Origin: Anaerolineales bacterium
GTDB lineage: Bacteria > Chloroflexota > Anaerolineae > Anaerolineales > UBA11858
Direction: 5' to 3'
Assembly: GCA_036445875.1 (NCBI GenBank)
Contig: JAZFRV010000227.1
Coordinates: 1-36,637, forward strand
DNA: 36,637 nt
The notes beneath the pieces are model-generated. The model was given only the letters and a program-made list of their open reading frames with translations, searched no databases and was not told where the DNA came from. Every line of letters begins with the position of its first letter. The first letter of the stretch is position 1. Positions 18,547-27,133 of the stretch are shown here, piece by piece. Made by a program: the position numbers and the translations under genes.

Positions 18547-19680
18547 ATGGCTACAGAATATAAAAAAATCTGCCCAACCTGCGGAACACGCGTCAATGAA
18601 GATGCTGATCGCTGCCTGGTTTGCGGCAGCACATTAAACGGAACAAGAGCAGATGCTCAGGTTGTTCGCGGGGGGCGAATGCCCGAAATAACACTGGGGC
18701 TTCCAATAGCAATCGGTTTGGTGGTCTTAATCCTGGCTGTCGGTGCTGGATTGGTCTACCTTGCTCTGCAGCAATCTGGAGAAATGGGGGCTACAACCAC
18801 AACACCCACGCCGACCCAAACTTTGACTGTTACACCAACAACAACCCCTGAACCTCCCACTGCTACTCCTTCACCAATGCCCACCCCCACTCCTTTTTCC
18901 TATGTAGTAGTTGCCAATGATTCCTGCCTGGCTATCGCAGCCAGGTTTGAGGTCTCCATAAAATCCATTGTGCTCCTCAACAATATCCCGGCCTCCTGTG
19001 ACACTTTATTTGAGGGCCAGGAACTGAAGATTCCGCATCCTACACCAACAGCTACTTCATTCCCGACAGCTACATTAAGCGGGATTGAAGGCACTCAGGC
19101 AGCATGTGATAAGGTTGCCTACGAAGTTGGAGAAGGTGATACGCTCAGCAGTATCTCTTTAAATTACAACGTACCGGAAGACTCCATCAAATCCTACAAC
19201 GGTATGGTGAGCAACACTGTCTATGAAGGGCTGACCCTGATTATTCCGCTTTGTGAACGAGCTGCAACACCCGGCCCATCACCAACACCCACTCCTCCTC
19301 CTCCTTACCCATCTCCCAATTTGCTTTTGCCGCCAGATGGTGGAGTATTCTCTCTCAGCGATAACCAGGTTACCTTGCAGTGGTCATCCGTTGGCCTGAT
19401 TAATACCAATGAGGCTTACCGGGTTTCTGTAATGGATCTTACTGAAGGCACCGGTCGTAAGTTAGTAGAGTATGTGACTGACACAAAATTTATCATTCCG
19501 GGATCATTCCGGGCCAGCGAAGACTCCCCCCATGTTTACCGATGGACAATCAGTACAGTTCGCCAGATAGATGTGGATGAAAATGGCAATTCAATCTGGG
19601 AAACCGCTGGGAGCGAAAGCGATCCCCGGGTATTTACCTGGACTGGTGAAACGATTGCAGAAGCCACACCTACACCCTGA
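18547..19680 (+). CDS. Zinc-ribbon / single-TM / Pro-Thr linker / 2x LysM domain protein with an uncharacterised C-terminal domain
   Basis: CPTCGTRVNEDADRCLVCGS (zinc ribbon). TM helix ITLGLPIAIGLVVLILAVGAGLVYLAL. PT-rich linkers. LysM repeats YVVVANDSCLAIAARFEVSIKSIVLLNNI...GQELKIP and YEVGEGDTLSSISLNYNV...GLTLIIP. Confidence 0.75.
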   Translation: MATEYKKICPTCGTRVNEDADRCLVCGSTLNGTRADAQVVRGGRMPEITLGLPIAIGLVVLILAVGAGLVYLALQQSGEMGATTTTPTPTQTLTVTPTTTPEPPTATPSPMPTPTPFSYVVVANDSCLAIAARFEVSIKSIVLLNNIPASCDTLFEGQELKIPHPTPTATSFPTATLSGIEGTQAACDKVAYEVGEGDTLSSISLNYNVPEDSIKSYNGMVSNTVYEGLTLIIPLCERAATPGPSPTPTPPPPYPSPNLLLPPDGGVFSLSDNQVTLQWSSVGLINTNEAYRVSVMDLTEGTGRKLVEYVTDTKFIIPGSFRASEDSPHVYRWTISTVRQIDVDENGNSIWETAGSESDPRVFTWTGETIAEATPTP

Positions 19681-19706
19681 TCATCAAGAACTAAATATTA
19701 AACATT

Positions 19707-19728
19707 GAGCCCGGTAAATACCGGGCTC
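19707..19728. terminator. Bidirectional terminator between the LysM gene and hdrA
   Basis: GAGCCCGG (19707-19714) pairs with CCGGGCTC (19721-19728) across the loop TAAATA. It is followed by TTTTGTTT on the plus strand, and A/T-rich sequence flanks the other side. Confidence 0.8.
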
Positions 19729-19752
19729 TTTTGTTTATGGTTCTATTCAGTA

Positions 19753-22368
19753 TCAGCGTCTGCGAATCCACCTAACACTATTTGATCGACAACCCGGACA
19801 GGAACGCTCAGAATCAGATTTGTATATTCCATTCCAGGTATCTTCACAGACAAGGCATAGAAAATCCGTCGGTTGATTTTCATCCTTATTCCTTGGATTA
19901 CGAGGTCCGGGCACCTTGGCTTCCATCAATAACGTATGGGTATCCTGGATCATATCAAGGCTTACGGAAAGGCGTTTTTCTTCTACCTGTTTCATGATAT
20001 GCTGCCAACGCCCTCCTTCAGCCGCTGAACACCATTCCAGCACCAATCTGGTGGGATCCAACCCAACCTTTTCCATGCCATCCCACAATCCATCCACTCG
20101 CCGGGTAGTGCTGCGATTGGCATCAATGTAATGGCAGTCCACATAATGGCAGCCGGATACCAATACAACTGGTGCTCCTTTTTTGAAGGCATACCAGACA
20201 AATTCCGGGCTAACCCTGCCGGAACACATGGTCCGGATAATATTGGCATGGGGAGGATATTCCATACGCCCCACGCCTGCGGTATCTGCACCAGCGTAGG
20301 AACACCAATTACAGGCAAACGTCACAATCGATTCTTGTGGATTTTCATCCAGCATAGCGTCTATTTGGGCGTAAATAGCCTGGTCAGAGAAATGACGCAT
20401 TTCGATGGACCCATATTTACATTCCGCAGCACATGTTCCGCAGCCAGTGCAGGCTGCGGTGATAACCTCAGCTGCCTGCCCTTTTTCCCAAATGATTGCA
20501 CTAAATGGACAAACATCGGCGCATAAACCACAAAGCTTGCACAGCCCTTCATCAATTACCGCGGTGATGGCATCCACAGAGAATTGATCTTGATTTAGCA
20601 AGATAGAAGCTCTTGAAGCAGCAGCGCTGGCCTGGGTGACACTTCCGCGGACATCCTTAGGGGATTCCACTCCTCCGGCTATAAATACACCCTTTGTGGG
20701 GGTATCAACTGGGCGCAGCTTAGGATGCGCTTCCCTTAAAAATCCACTCGGGGATTTAGAGAGACTGACCATTTGGCGGATGGTCTCTGTATTATCTGCT
20801 GGAACAGCTCCAACAGCCAATACCAGTAAATCAAAATTGTGTTGCTCCAGGCGGTTGCTGGTAGTGTTTTCCACTGTCAGCTTAAGATCTCCCGTGACAG
20901 GATCTTCCACTACATCACCGGGTAAACCACGGATATATGAAACTCCATTGGATTTACTTCGCATTAACAACTCCTCAAAACCTTTACCAAAGGCGCGAAG
21001 ATCTGTATAAAACACTGTGGACTCCACTTCCGGGTGGGCGTCATTTAAGTATTGGGTTGTTTTAATGGTGTTCATGCAGCAAAAATTTGAACAATAGGGG
21101 TTGCCGCGTTCCGGATCCTGGGTTCTGGACCCTACACATTGAATGAAACCAATCTTATTGGGAAAAGCCAGATCACTCGGCCGGCTCAGTTTCCCTTCCA
21201 AAGGACCACTGGTACATATTAACCGCTCGAACTCCAAACTGGTCATCACATTAGCGTAGTTTTTATATCCATATTCATCCAATGGAGTTGGATCATAAAG
21301 GTCCATGCCCGTCGCAACAATAACCACACCCACTTCTACATTTAATATTTCATCCTGCATCGTAAAATCAATACAGGCTTTTTCACAGGCTTCAATACAT
21401 TTCCCACAAGCAATCGGATTCTGCCCCAGGCATTCGTTTGCATTCACGACATATGCGGAAGGAACTGCTTGAGGAAAAGACAGGAAAATCGCCCGGCGGC
21501 TTCCTAATCCAACCTGGTATTTATCCGGGATCACGATCGGGCAGACTTCTGCGCAATCTCCACAGGATGTACACTGGGTTTCATCTACATAACGGGCTTT
21601 CTTGCGAATCCTGGCTTTAAAGTTGCCCACATAACCAGAGATATCTTCTACCTCTGAATGTGTTAGTAATTTGATGTTGGGATGTCGACCGACATCCATC
21701 ATTTTGGGTCCGAGTATTCAAATACTACATTCGATATCCGGATATACTTTATCCAGCTGAGCCATGATGCCGCCAATAGAAGGCTCACGTTCCACAAGGT
21801 AGACTTGATGCCCGGAATCTGCCAGATCGAGAGCCGCTTGAATTCCCGCTACTCCTCCTCCGATAACCAAGGCAGCATCAGTTACTTGAATCTGCTCTTC
21901 ATCTTGGGGAATCAACCACCGGGATCTCGCAACTGCAACCTTAACAGTTTTTTTGGCTTTTTCAGTAGCTGCCTTTTTATCACTGGCAGTCACCCAGGAG
22001 CAGTGTTCCCTGATATTTGCCATCTCCAGCAGATATGGATTTAACCCTGCCCCTTCAATACATTTGCGAAAGATCACCTCATAAGAGGTTGGGGAACAAG
22101 ACGCGACCACTATCCGGTTTAGATTAAAATCGGTTATGGCTTTTTGAATTTCCTGTTGGCCCGGTTCTGCACAAGTATATTTGTTCCGAATAGCCACAAT
22201 AACGTCGGGTAAACCCGCTGCATACTCCCTGACAGCCTCAGTGTCAACCGTTCCAGCAATATTTGACCCACAATCACAAACAAAAACCCCAATGCGTAAA
22301 TTGTTGTCTGGCAATGGTATCCTCCTATTCATTTTTTGTTTGATTTCAATAACCTGTATTTCATTCAT
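19753..22368 (-). CDS. hdrA: Heterodisulfide reductase subunit A-like flavoprotein, predicted selenoprotein (TGA at 21718-21720 read as Sec217), fused C-terminally to an MvhD domain and a zinc ribbon; 871 aa
   Basis: Track ORFs 21718-22368 and 19753-21702 are in the same frame, separated by TGA plus five sense codons. The joined sequence reads ...GGGVAGIQAALDLA...GGIMAQLDKVYPDIECSI-U-ILGPKMMDVGRHPNIKLL..., which is continuous with the conserved HdrA FAD-domain block. The downstream ATG has no RBS. Also present: the N-terminal Cys domain VFVCDCGSNI, an inserted ferredoxin CTSCGDCAEVCP, C-terminal 2x[4Fe-4S] CKLCGLCADVCP/CTGCGTCAAEC, MvhD-like FACNWCSYAGADTAG...CSGRV...VSGCHYVDCHY, and the tail CLVC-x17-CPGC. 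Confidence 0.8.
21672..21701 (-). promoter_or_regulatory. SECIS-like stem-loop downstream of the in-frame TGA of hdrA
   Basis: mRNA sequence: UGA AUACUCGGACCCAAAA UGAUG GAUGUCG GU CGACAUC CCAA CAUCA. The upper stem G(G)AUGUCG/CGACAUC(C) (21680-21697) has 7-8 perfect bp with a GGUC/GU apical loop. A lower 5-bp stem UGAUG/CAUCA adds a 4-nt bulge. The hairpin starts about 20 nt after the UGA. Confidence 0.55.
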
Positions 22369-23513
22369 ATTTGGTCAGCAATAATTGTAGTAAGATCACG
22401 AATATTAATTTGAATATCCTCCCCCAGGATGGGATCATTCTGGGCACATTTAAGATGGATCTGACATTTGATACAAGCGGTAATTAATAAATCAGCCCCG
22501 GAAGATTTTGCCTCTTCCAAGCGCTCCACTTGAGCTTTTTTATTCACCTGTCCACATGAAGTCCAGCAGCTAGTTCCACAGCACAGACTGGATTTACGAT
22601 TGTGGGTCATCTCCTTTACTTTGAAACCCAATCCCCTAATTAACTCACGAGGTGATTGATATACCCCGGAAAATCGTCCCAATCGGCAAGGATCCTGATA
22701 GGTAACCGGTTTGTTCTTATTAGCAGAATTATCGGGGAGGGTTTCCAACAAATCTGTATCTACCAATAATTCTGCCAGATGCAAAACCTCCATCCCGGAA
22801 TTCCCGATTATTTCAGGATAAGTGTGTTTTAAGGTCCAGGCACATTCAGGACAAGTAGTAACTATTCGTTTGGCTCCGGTAGACATAAGGTTCAATAAAT
22901 TCGTTTCCCCCAATTTACGAAAGATATTCATATCACCTTGCCAATATTGATCATGACCACAACAGCGCTCATCCTTTAATACTATGGGTTCAATACCCAG
23001 ATAGTTGAGAATTTTAAGGGCTGCCCTGGTAATGTCTATCCCCTCAATATCCAATTGGCTGAAGGCAGCATCATAATACGGCAAACAACCGGTAAAGAAT
23101 ACCGTATCAGAGTCTTCAGAGACCTGGAGATCATCTTCAATCCAGTCCAGCCGGTTCTGTTTCAAATCAGGATCAGACATCATTCGGCTCCAGGTTTGCA
23201 TCATCCCACTGTGGGTGCAATTGGCAGACTGATTCCGATCTCTGGCTCCTTCCCGGATATTCTGGATAAAATCAGAAAAAGATACCTGGGAGGGACATAT
23301 CTCAGTGCAGTAATTACAGGTTAAGCAAGACCAGAGAAGTGGGTCGTTTAATATGGCTTCTTCACCTGAATTGATCGCCATCTCAACCAGCAGCCGGGGA
23401 CTGGTATAAGGTTCAACAATATGCCTGGTAATAGGACAGACTGAACTGCATTTACCACAATCCAGGCAAAGCCAAACCCGGTTCGATTGGATGATTTCTT
23501 TTAATCCATTCAT
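22365..23513 (-). CDS. Fused HdrC-HdrB-like subunit (2x[4Fe-4S] ferredoxin domain plus two CCG domains)
   Basis: 382 aa. CLDCGKCSSVCP and CLTCNYCTEICP (HdrC-like). Two complete CCG signatures: C-x40-CCG-x35-CPEC and C-x34-CCG-x34-CIKC. ATGA overlaps with both neighbouring genes. Confidence 0.8.
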   Translation of the reverse strand: MNGLKEIIQSNRVWLCLDCGKCSSVCPITRHIVEPYTSPRLLVEMAINSGEEAILNDPLLWSCLTCNYCTEICPSQVSFSDFIQNIREGARDRNQSANCTHSGMMQTWSRMMSDPDLKQNRLDWIEDDLQVSEDSDTVFFTGCLPYYDAAFSQLDIEGIDITRAALKILNYLGIEPIVLKDERCCGHDQYWQGDMNIFRKLGETNLLNLMSTGAKRIVTTCPECAWTLKHTYPEIIGNSGMEVLHLAELLVDTDLLETLPDNSANKNKPVTYQDPCRLGRFSGVYQSPRELIRGLGFKVKEMTHNRKSSLCCGTSCWTSCGQVNKKAQVERLEEAKSSGADLLITACIKCQIHLKCAQNDPILGEDIQINIRDLTTIIADQI

Positions 23514-23917
23514 TGATTTCCTAGAATCTCATCAATCCCATTTGTAAAAATTTGGATAATCTCTCTAAAGGATTTGCCGTCCCTAGTATCTACAAAATCC
23601 AGTTGGAATTGATTATCGTTGTAACCCAACAAGTTCAGAAGATTTCTGGTTTCCGGAACAATCTCGGCAATCTGTTTGTTCCCGGTTTCATATTGACACT
23701 CACCTTGGCTACAACCAAGTAATAATACGCCGTTGGCACCATTCTCAAATGCTCTCAAAATTATTCCCGGTGTGATTCGGCCCAGACAAGCAATCCGGAT
23801 TGGGTATACAGTGGGAGAATAAGGAATCTTCTCAGCTCCAGCTGCCTCAAGACCACTGTAAGCATTCCAATTACAGGTAAATAAAATAATCTTTGAAATC
23901 TTCTCTTCTGTTTTCAT
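23510..23917 (-). CDS. mvhD: MvhD/FlpD-like [2Fe-2S] electron-transfer subunit
   Basis: 135 aa. ILFTCNWNAYSGLEAAG...IRIACLGRITPGIILRAFENGANGVLLLGCSQGECQYETGN matches the methyl-viologen-reducing hydrogenase delta subunit family. Confidence 0.8.
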   Translation of the reverse strand: MKTEEKISKIILFTCNWNAYSGLEAAGAEKIPYSPTVYPIRIACLGRITPGIILRAFENGANGVLLLGCSQGECQYETGNKQIAEIVPETRNLLNLLGYNDNQFQLDFVDTRDGKSFREIIQIFTNGIDEILGNQ

Positions 23918-23918
23918 A

Positions 23919-26900
23919 TTAAGCCAGAATTGTTTTTATCATTTCCTCCAACTGCAGGTCTGGGGAGTGTCCAGGGGTAATCGCTCCGGAAGGGCAAATT
24001 GCTGCGCAGATGCCGCAGGCAAGGCATAATTTTGGATCAATGAAAGAATATCTGCCAGAGGCCTCTTCTATGAGGTCCGGAATACCAAATCCACAAACCT
24101 CAACACATGTTCCGCAAGCCCGGCAGCGGGATTTATCAACCTCAGCTGCAGACAATTCTGTTTTGTTATTAATCTTGTTTATCCAGGCAGCAATCCGGGC
24201 AGCCCCGGACATTCCTGAAATCTCGGCATTCACATCAGGTGGGAACATGAGTACTCCAAAATCCAGTGAATTGATCCGTGAGTCTACTAATTGAAAAAGC
24301 GAGCGACCATCAGGCATCTGAAGCACATCACACAAAAGCTTTTGCTCCTTTTTGGTTCCCGGAGTAATAACCAGCAGATCCGTCAATAATTCAGAGCTTT
24401 CAAATGTCAGGATAACATGGCCGCCCTTTCGAAGGATCTTTTTCGGAATCTCACCTATCATTTCTGTTTCTATGCCCAACTCGATCAGAGAGGACTTGCA
24501 AATTTCCCCAGCTGGTCCACTTCCGACAATGAGAACTTTATTGGATTCATAAGTGTGTGATTGCTCTCCAGTTTTTCTAGATCGGAGGCGTGACAGGGCA
24601 GTTATAATCAGGATTTTTGCTATTTCAGTAGCCTTATCCGGGAGATCTTGATGTACCCAGGCACATTGTTCACGGATATTTACAAATTCGATGGGAATGC
24701 TGCTCTTTAAGGATGAAAAAATTCCCAGGTTGTCTTTGCAGCGTAACCGCTGATAAGTACAGCTGAAACAGATCTGATCCAGGGAGCAGCAGGTGCAGGC
24801 TGCAAGAATTACCTTATCGAGGTCCTCTACCTGGATGATATCCATAATTTCACCTGCAGCATCTTCAGAACAGGAGAATTGCAGTTCCTGAGCATGGACT
24901 ATTCCAGACCAGTTCACTGCCTCTGCGCTGAGGGTATTTGTATCGACAATATCGGAGATCTCACCTCCACACTGGCAGAGGAACAATCCGATTCTATCCT
25001 CGGCCTTCTCCAGTAAAGCTAGTTGAGGGATATTCTGAATAGTAGGAATCAGGTTTAATTTTAAATCCTTCATCACCTGGTACGCGGCAGCCGATCCCGT
25101 TTCCAGGTCCTCCCCGGCAACTTGGTATCCCTCAACACCATCAAATTCAATCGGGATATCGTCTGCAAATATCACTGCACCAGCGTCTATAAACGATCTT
25201 GATGAAGTTTGATTATGGATTATCGCACCCGGCTCACAAACCTCCACACAGGCCATACATTGGCTGCAGGGACCACAAATTAAACAGCGCCCAGCTTCCT
25301 GTAAGGCAGCTTCTTCACCGAGAGTCAAACCAACTTCATAAAAATTATTTTTCCGATCCTTTACTGGTAAGTGAGTTATCGCAGCCCTATTAAATCTAAC
25401 CTGATCTCTTTGATCAAGCCTGTTTCGCATTTCTTTCTGGCTTAGAATTACTTCCGAAGGTCCACTCTCCGTGATCTCGAGTAATTTCCCCTTCAGATAA
25501 TTATCTATGGACCGGGCAGCATGATGCCCTTCCCCGACTGCATCAACAACAAAAAAGGTAGTTCCGCGACGAACATCCCCCGCAGTAAATACACCCTCCA
25601 TCGATGTCATCATCCGGGAATCAGCCCGAATTCCTTCCGGAGAAAGTACGGTAATCCGGTCATTTTTCGGTAAAAATCCGAAATCCGGCCTTTGTCCAAC
25701 AGCCCAAATCACCAGGTCCCCGGGAATAATATGTTCAGTTCCGGGAAGCTCACTGAATTGGCGTTTTCCATCAATTACCTCTCCTATTTCCGCATCCAAA
25801 CATTCCACCCCGGAAATATCACGTTGGTCGAGGACTATTTTCTTAAATACCTTCCCCCGGATGATTTCGATTCCCTCTTCTTCAGCATCCAGGATTTCAT
25901 TAAACGATGCCCTCATCCCCCTGCATACCAATCGGACTTCTGGAGTACCCAATCGAATTGCTGCCCGGGCAGCATCCATGGCAACATCACCACCACCCAG
26001 GACAATGACTTTTCTGCCGCTGAGATCAATTTTTTCCCCCAGACAAACCTTTTTCAGAAACTCTAGACTGAGCCAGTTCTGGGGATGATCAGCATTTTCA
26101 ATAGGAATTTTCACTGCCTCGTGGGCACCTGTAGCTATCAGAACTGCGTCATATCCATTACTTAAAAGCCCGGGAATATCATCCACCCAGGTATTCAGTT
26201 TAAGGTCAACACCCTCCGAAAGGATTTGTTGAATTTCCCAATCCAATTGATCATATGGTAAACGATGAGGAGGAATGCCAACCCGCATCATGCCGCCAGC
26301 TGTAGAATTAGCATCAAAAACTGTAACCGCATGCCCGCTGTGGATCAAATCTCGGGCGGCAGTTAACCCTGCCGGGCCTGCCCCGATAATAGCTACTTTT
26401 TTTCCCGAAGAGGGACGCTTATCATCTGAAGTGCTATCCAAAGAAAGCTTTGGATCCTCTGATTGGTCATCTTTTCGCCTGTAAGCCCAATCCGCCACAT
26501 ACCGTTTCAAAGCCATCAGGTTTACCGCTTCATCCAATTGCGCACGTGAGCAGGCTTCTTCACAATAATGATTGCACACACGTCCACAGACGGATGGAAA
26601 CGGCAGTGCCGAGTGGATCAGATCATATGCTTCCTGGTACCGTTCCTGGGCGATCAATGCCACATAACCCTGAACGTGAATACCTGCTGGACAGGCATAT
26701 GTGCAGGGAGAAACTCCTGCTTTTTCTATCACTGCACAACCAGGCTGTCCTTCCAGAAAAATGGCTTTTCGATCAGATCCGGGAACTATCACCGGGCAGA
26801 TCTCGATACAATCACCACAAGCAGTGCATTTCGAGAGATCTACATATCGGGGATACTGCTGCAGAACAGCCTGAAAGATCCCGTTCACTTTAGTTAATTT

Positions 26901-27116
26901 CTGCAGCGATGTATTTGTCCAGGGAGTAATATTCGGATGTTTTAGAATTTCCAGCAATCTTTGGTTTAATAAATAATCCGGGAAGAGGTGCTCTCCGTTT
27001 ATCCCCATAAACGGACTGGATTCAATGACGTTCACCTTAATCCCTGAAAAGGCAAGGTCCAATGCAGCTTGTAATCCTGCCTGGCTGCTGCCAATGATGA
27101 GCACTTCTTTAACCAT
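23919..27116 (-). CDS. Large HdrA-like / NfnB(GltD)-like mosaic flavo-iron-sulfur protein (HdrL-like), 1065 aa
   Basis: aa 1-130: HdrA-type Rossmann start VLIIGSSQAGLQAALDLA plus CTACGDCIEICP. aa ~136-545: GltD/NfnB-like module (CTYACPAG...CGRVCNHYCEEAC, VAIIGAGPAGLTAARDL, VIVLGGGDVAMDAARAA, VFTAGDVRRG). aa 611-630: CLICGPCSQCMACVEVCEPG. aa 708-822: HdrA N-domain-like (LFLCQCGGEI...FVNIREQCAWV). aa 861-: VLIVGSGPAGE. aa 997-1045: CRACGTCVEVC/CLACGICAAICP. Confidence 0.75.
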   Translation of the reverse strand: MVKEVLIIGSSQAGLQAALDLAFSGIKVNVIESSPFMGINGEHLFPDYLLNQRLLEILKHPNITPWTNTSLQKLTKVNGIFQAVLQQYPRYVDLSKCTACGDCIEICPVIVPGSDRKAIFLEGQPGCAVIEKAGVSPCTYACPAGIHVQGYVALIAQERYQEAYDLIHSALPFPSVCGRVCNHYCEEACSRAQLDEAVNLMALKRYVADWAYRRKDDQSEDPKLSLDSTSDDKRPSSGKKVAIIGAGPAGLTAARDLIHSGHAVTVFDANSTAGGMMRVGIPPHRLPYDQLDWEIQQILSEGVDLKLNTWVDDIPGLLSNGYDAVLIATGAHEAVKIPIENADHPQNWLSLEFLKKVCLGEKIDLSGRKVIVLGGGDVAMDAARAAIRLGTPEVRLVCRGMRASFNEILDAEEEGIEIIRGKVFKKIVLDQRDISGVECLDAEIGEVIDGKRQFSELPGTEHIIPGDLVIWAVGQRPDFGFLPKNDRITVLSPEGIRADSRMMTSMEGVFTAGDVRRGTTFFVVDAVGEGHHAARSIDNYLKGKLLEITESGPSEVILSQKEMRNRLDQRDQVRFNRAAITHLPVKDRKNNFYEVGLTLGEEAALQEAGRCLICGPCSQCMACVEVCEPGAIIHNQTSSRSFIDAGAVIFADDIPIEFDGVEGYQVAGEDLETGSAAAYQVMKDLKLNLIPTIQNIPQLALLEKAEDRIGLFLCQCGGEISDIVDTNTLSAEAVNWSGIVHAQELQFSCSEDAAGEIMDIIQVEDLDKVILAACTCCSLDQICFSCTYQRLRCKDNLGIFSSLKSSIPIEFVNIREQCAWVHQDLPDKATEIAKILIITALSRLRSRKTGEQSHTYESNKVLIVGSGPAGEICKSSLIELGIETEMIGEIPKKILRKGGHVILTFESSELLTDLLVITPGTKKEQKLLCDVLQMPDGRSLFQLVDSRINSLDFGVLMFPPDVNAEISGMSGAARIAAWINKINNKTELSAAEVDKSRCRACGTCVEVCGFGIPDLIEEASGRYSFIDPKLCLACGICAAICPSGAITPGHSPDLQLEEMIKTILA

Positions 27117-27133
27117 CGTTTTTCCCTATCGAA

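Noticed and set aside
19753-22368. Reading 21718-22368 and 19753-21702 as two separate genes, or as a nonsense-mutated hdrA pseudogene
   Set aside because: Both pieces are in the same frame, and the stop is a TGA exactly at the conserved CSxC Cys. The second piece has no RBS, and a stable hairpin follows the TGA. Neither half would be a functional FAD domain alone. A pseudogene cannot be fully excluded without knowing whether the genome has Sec machinery.
25692-26897. Plus-strand ORFs of 109-147 aa inside the HdrL-like gene
   Set aside because: These are antisense shadow ORFs within a 1065-aa gene with dense cofactor motifs. They have no RBS and no recognisable motifs.
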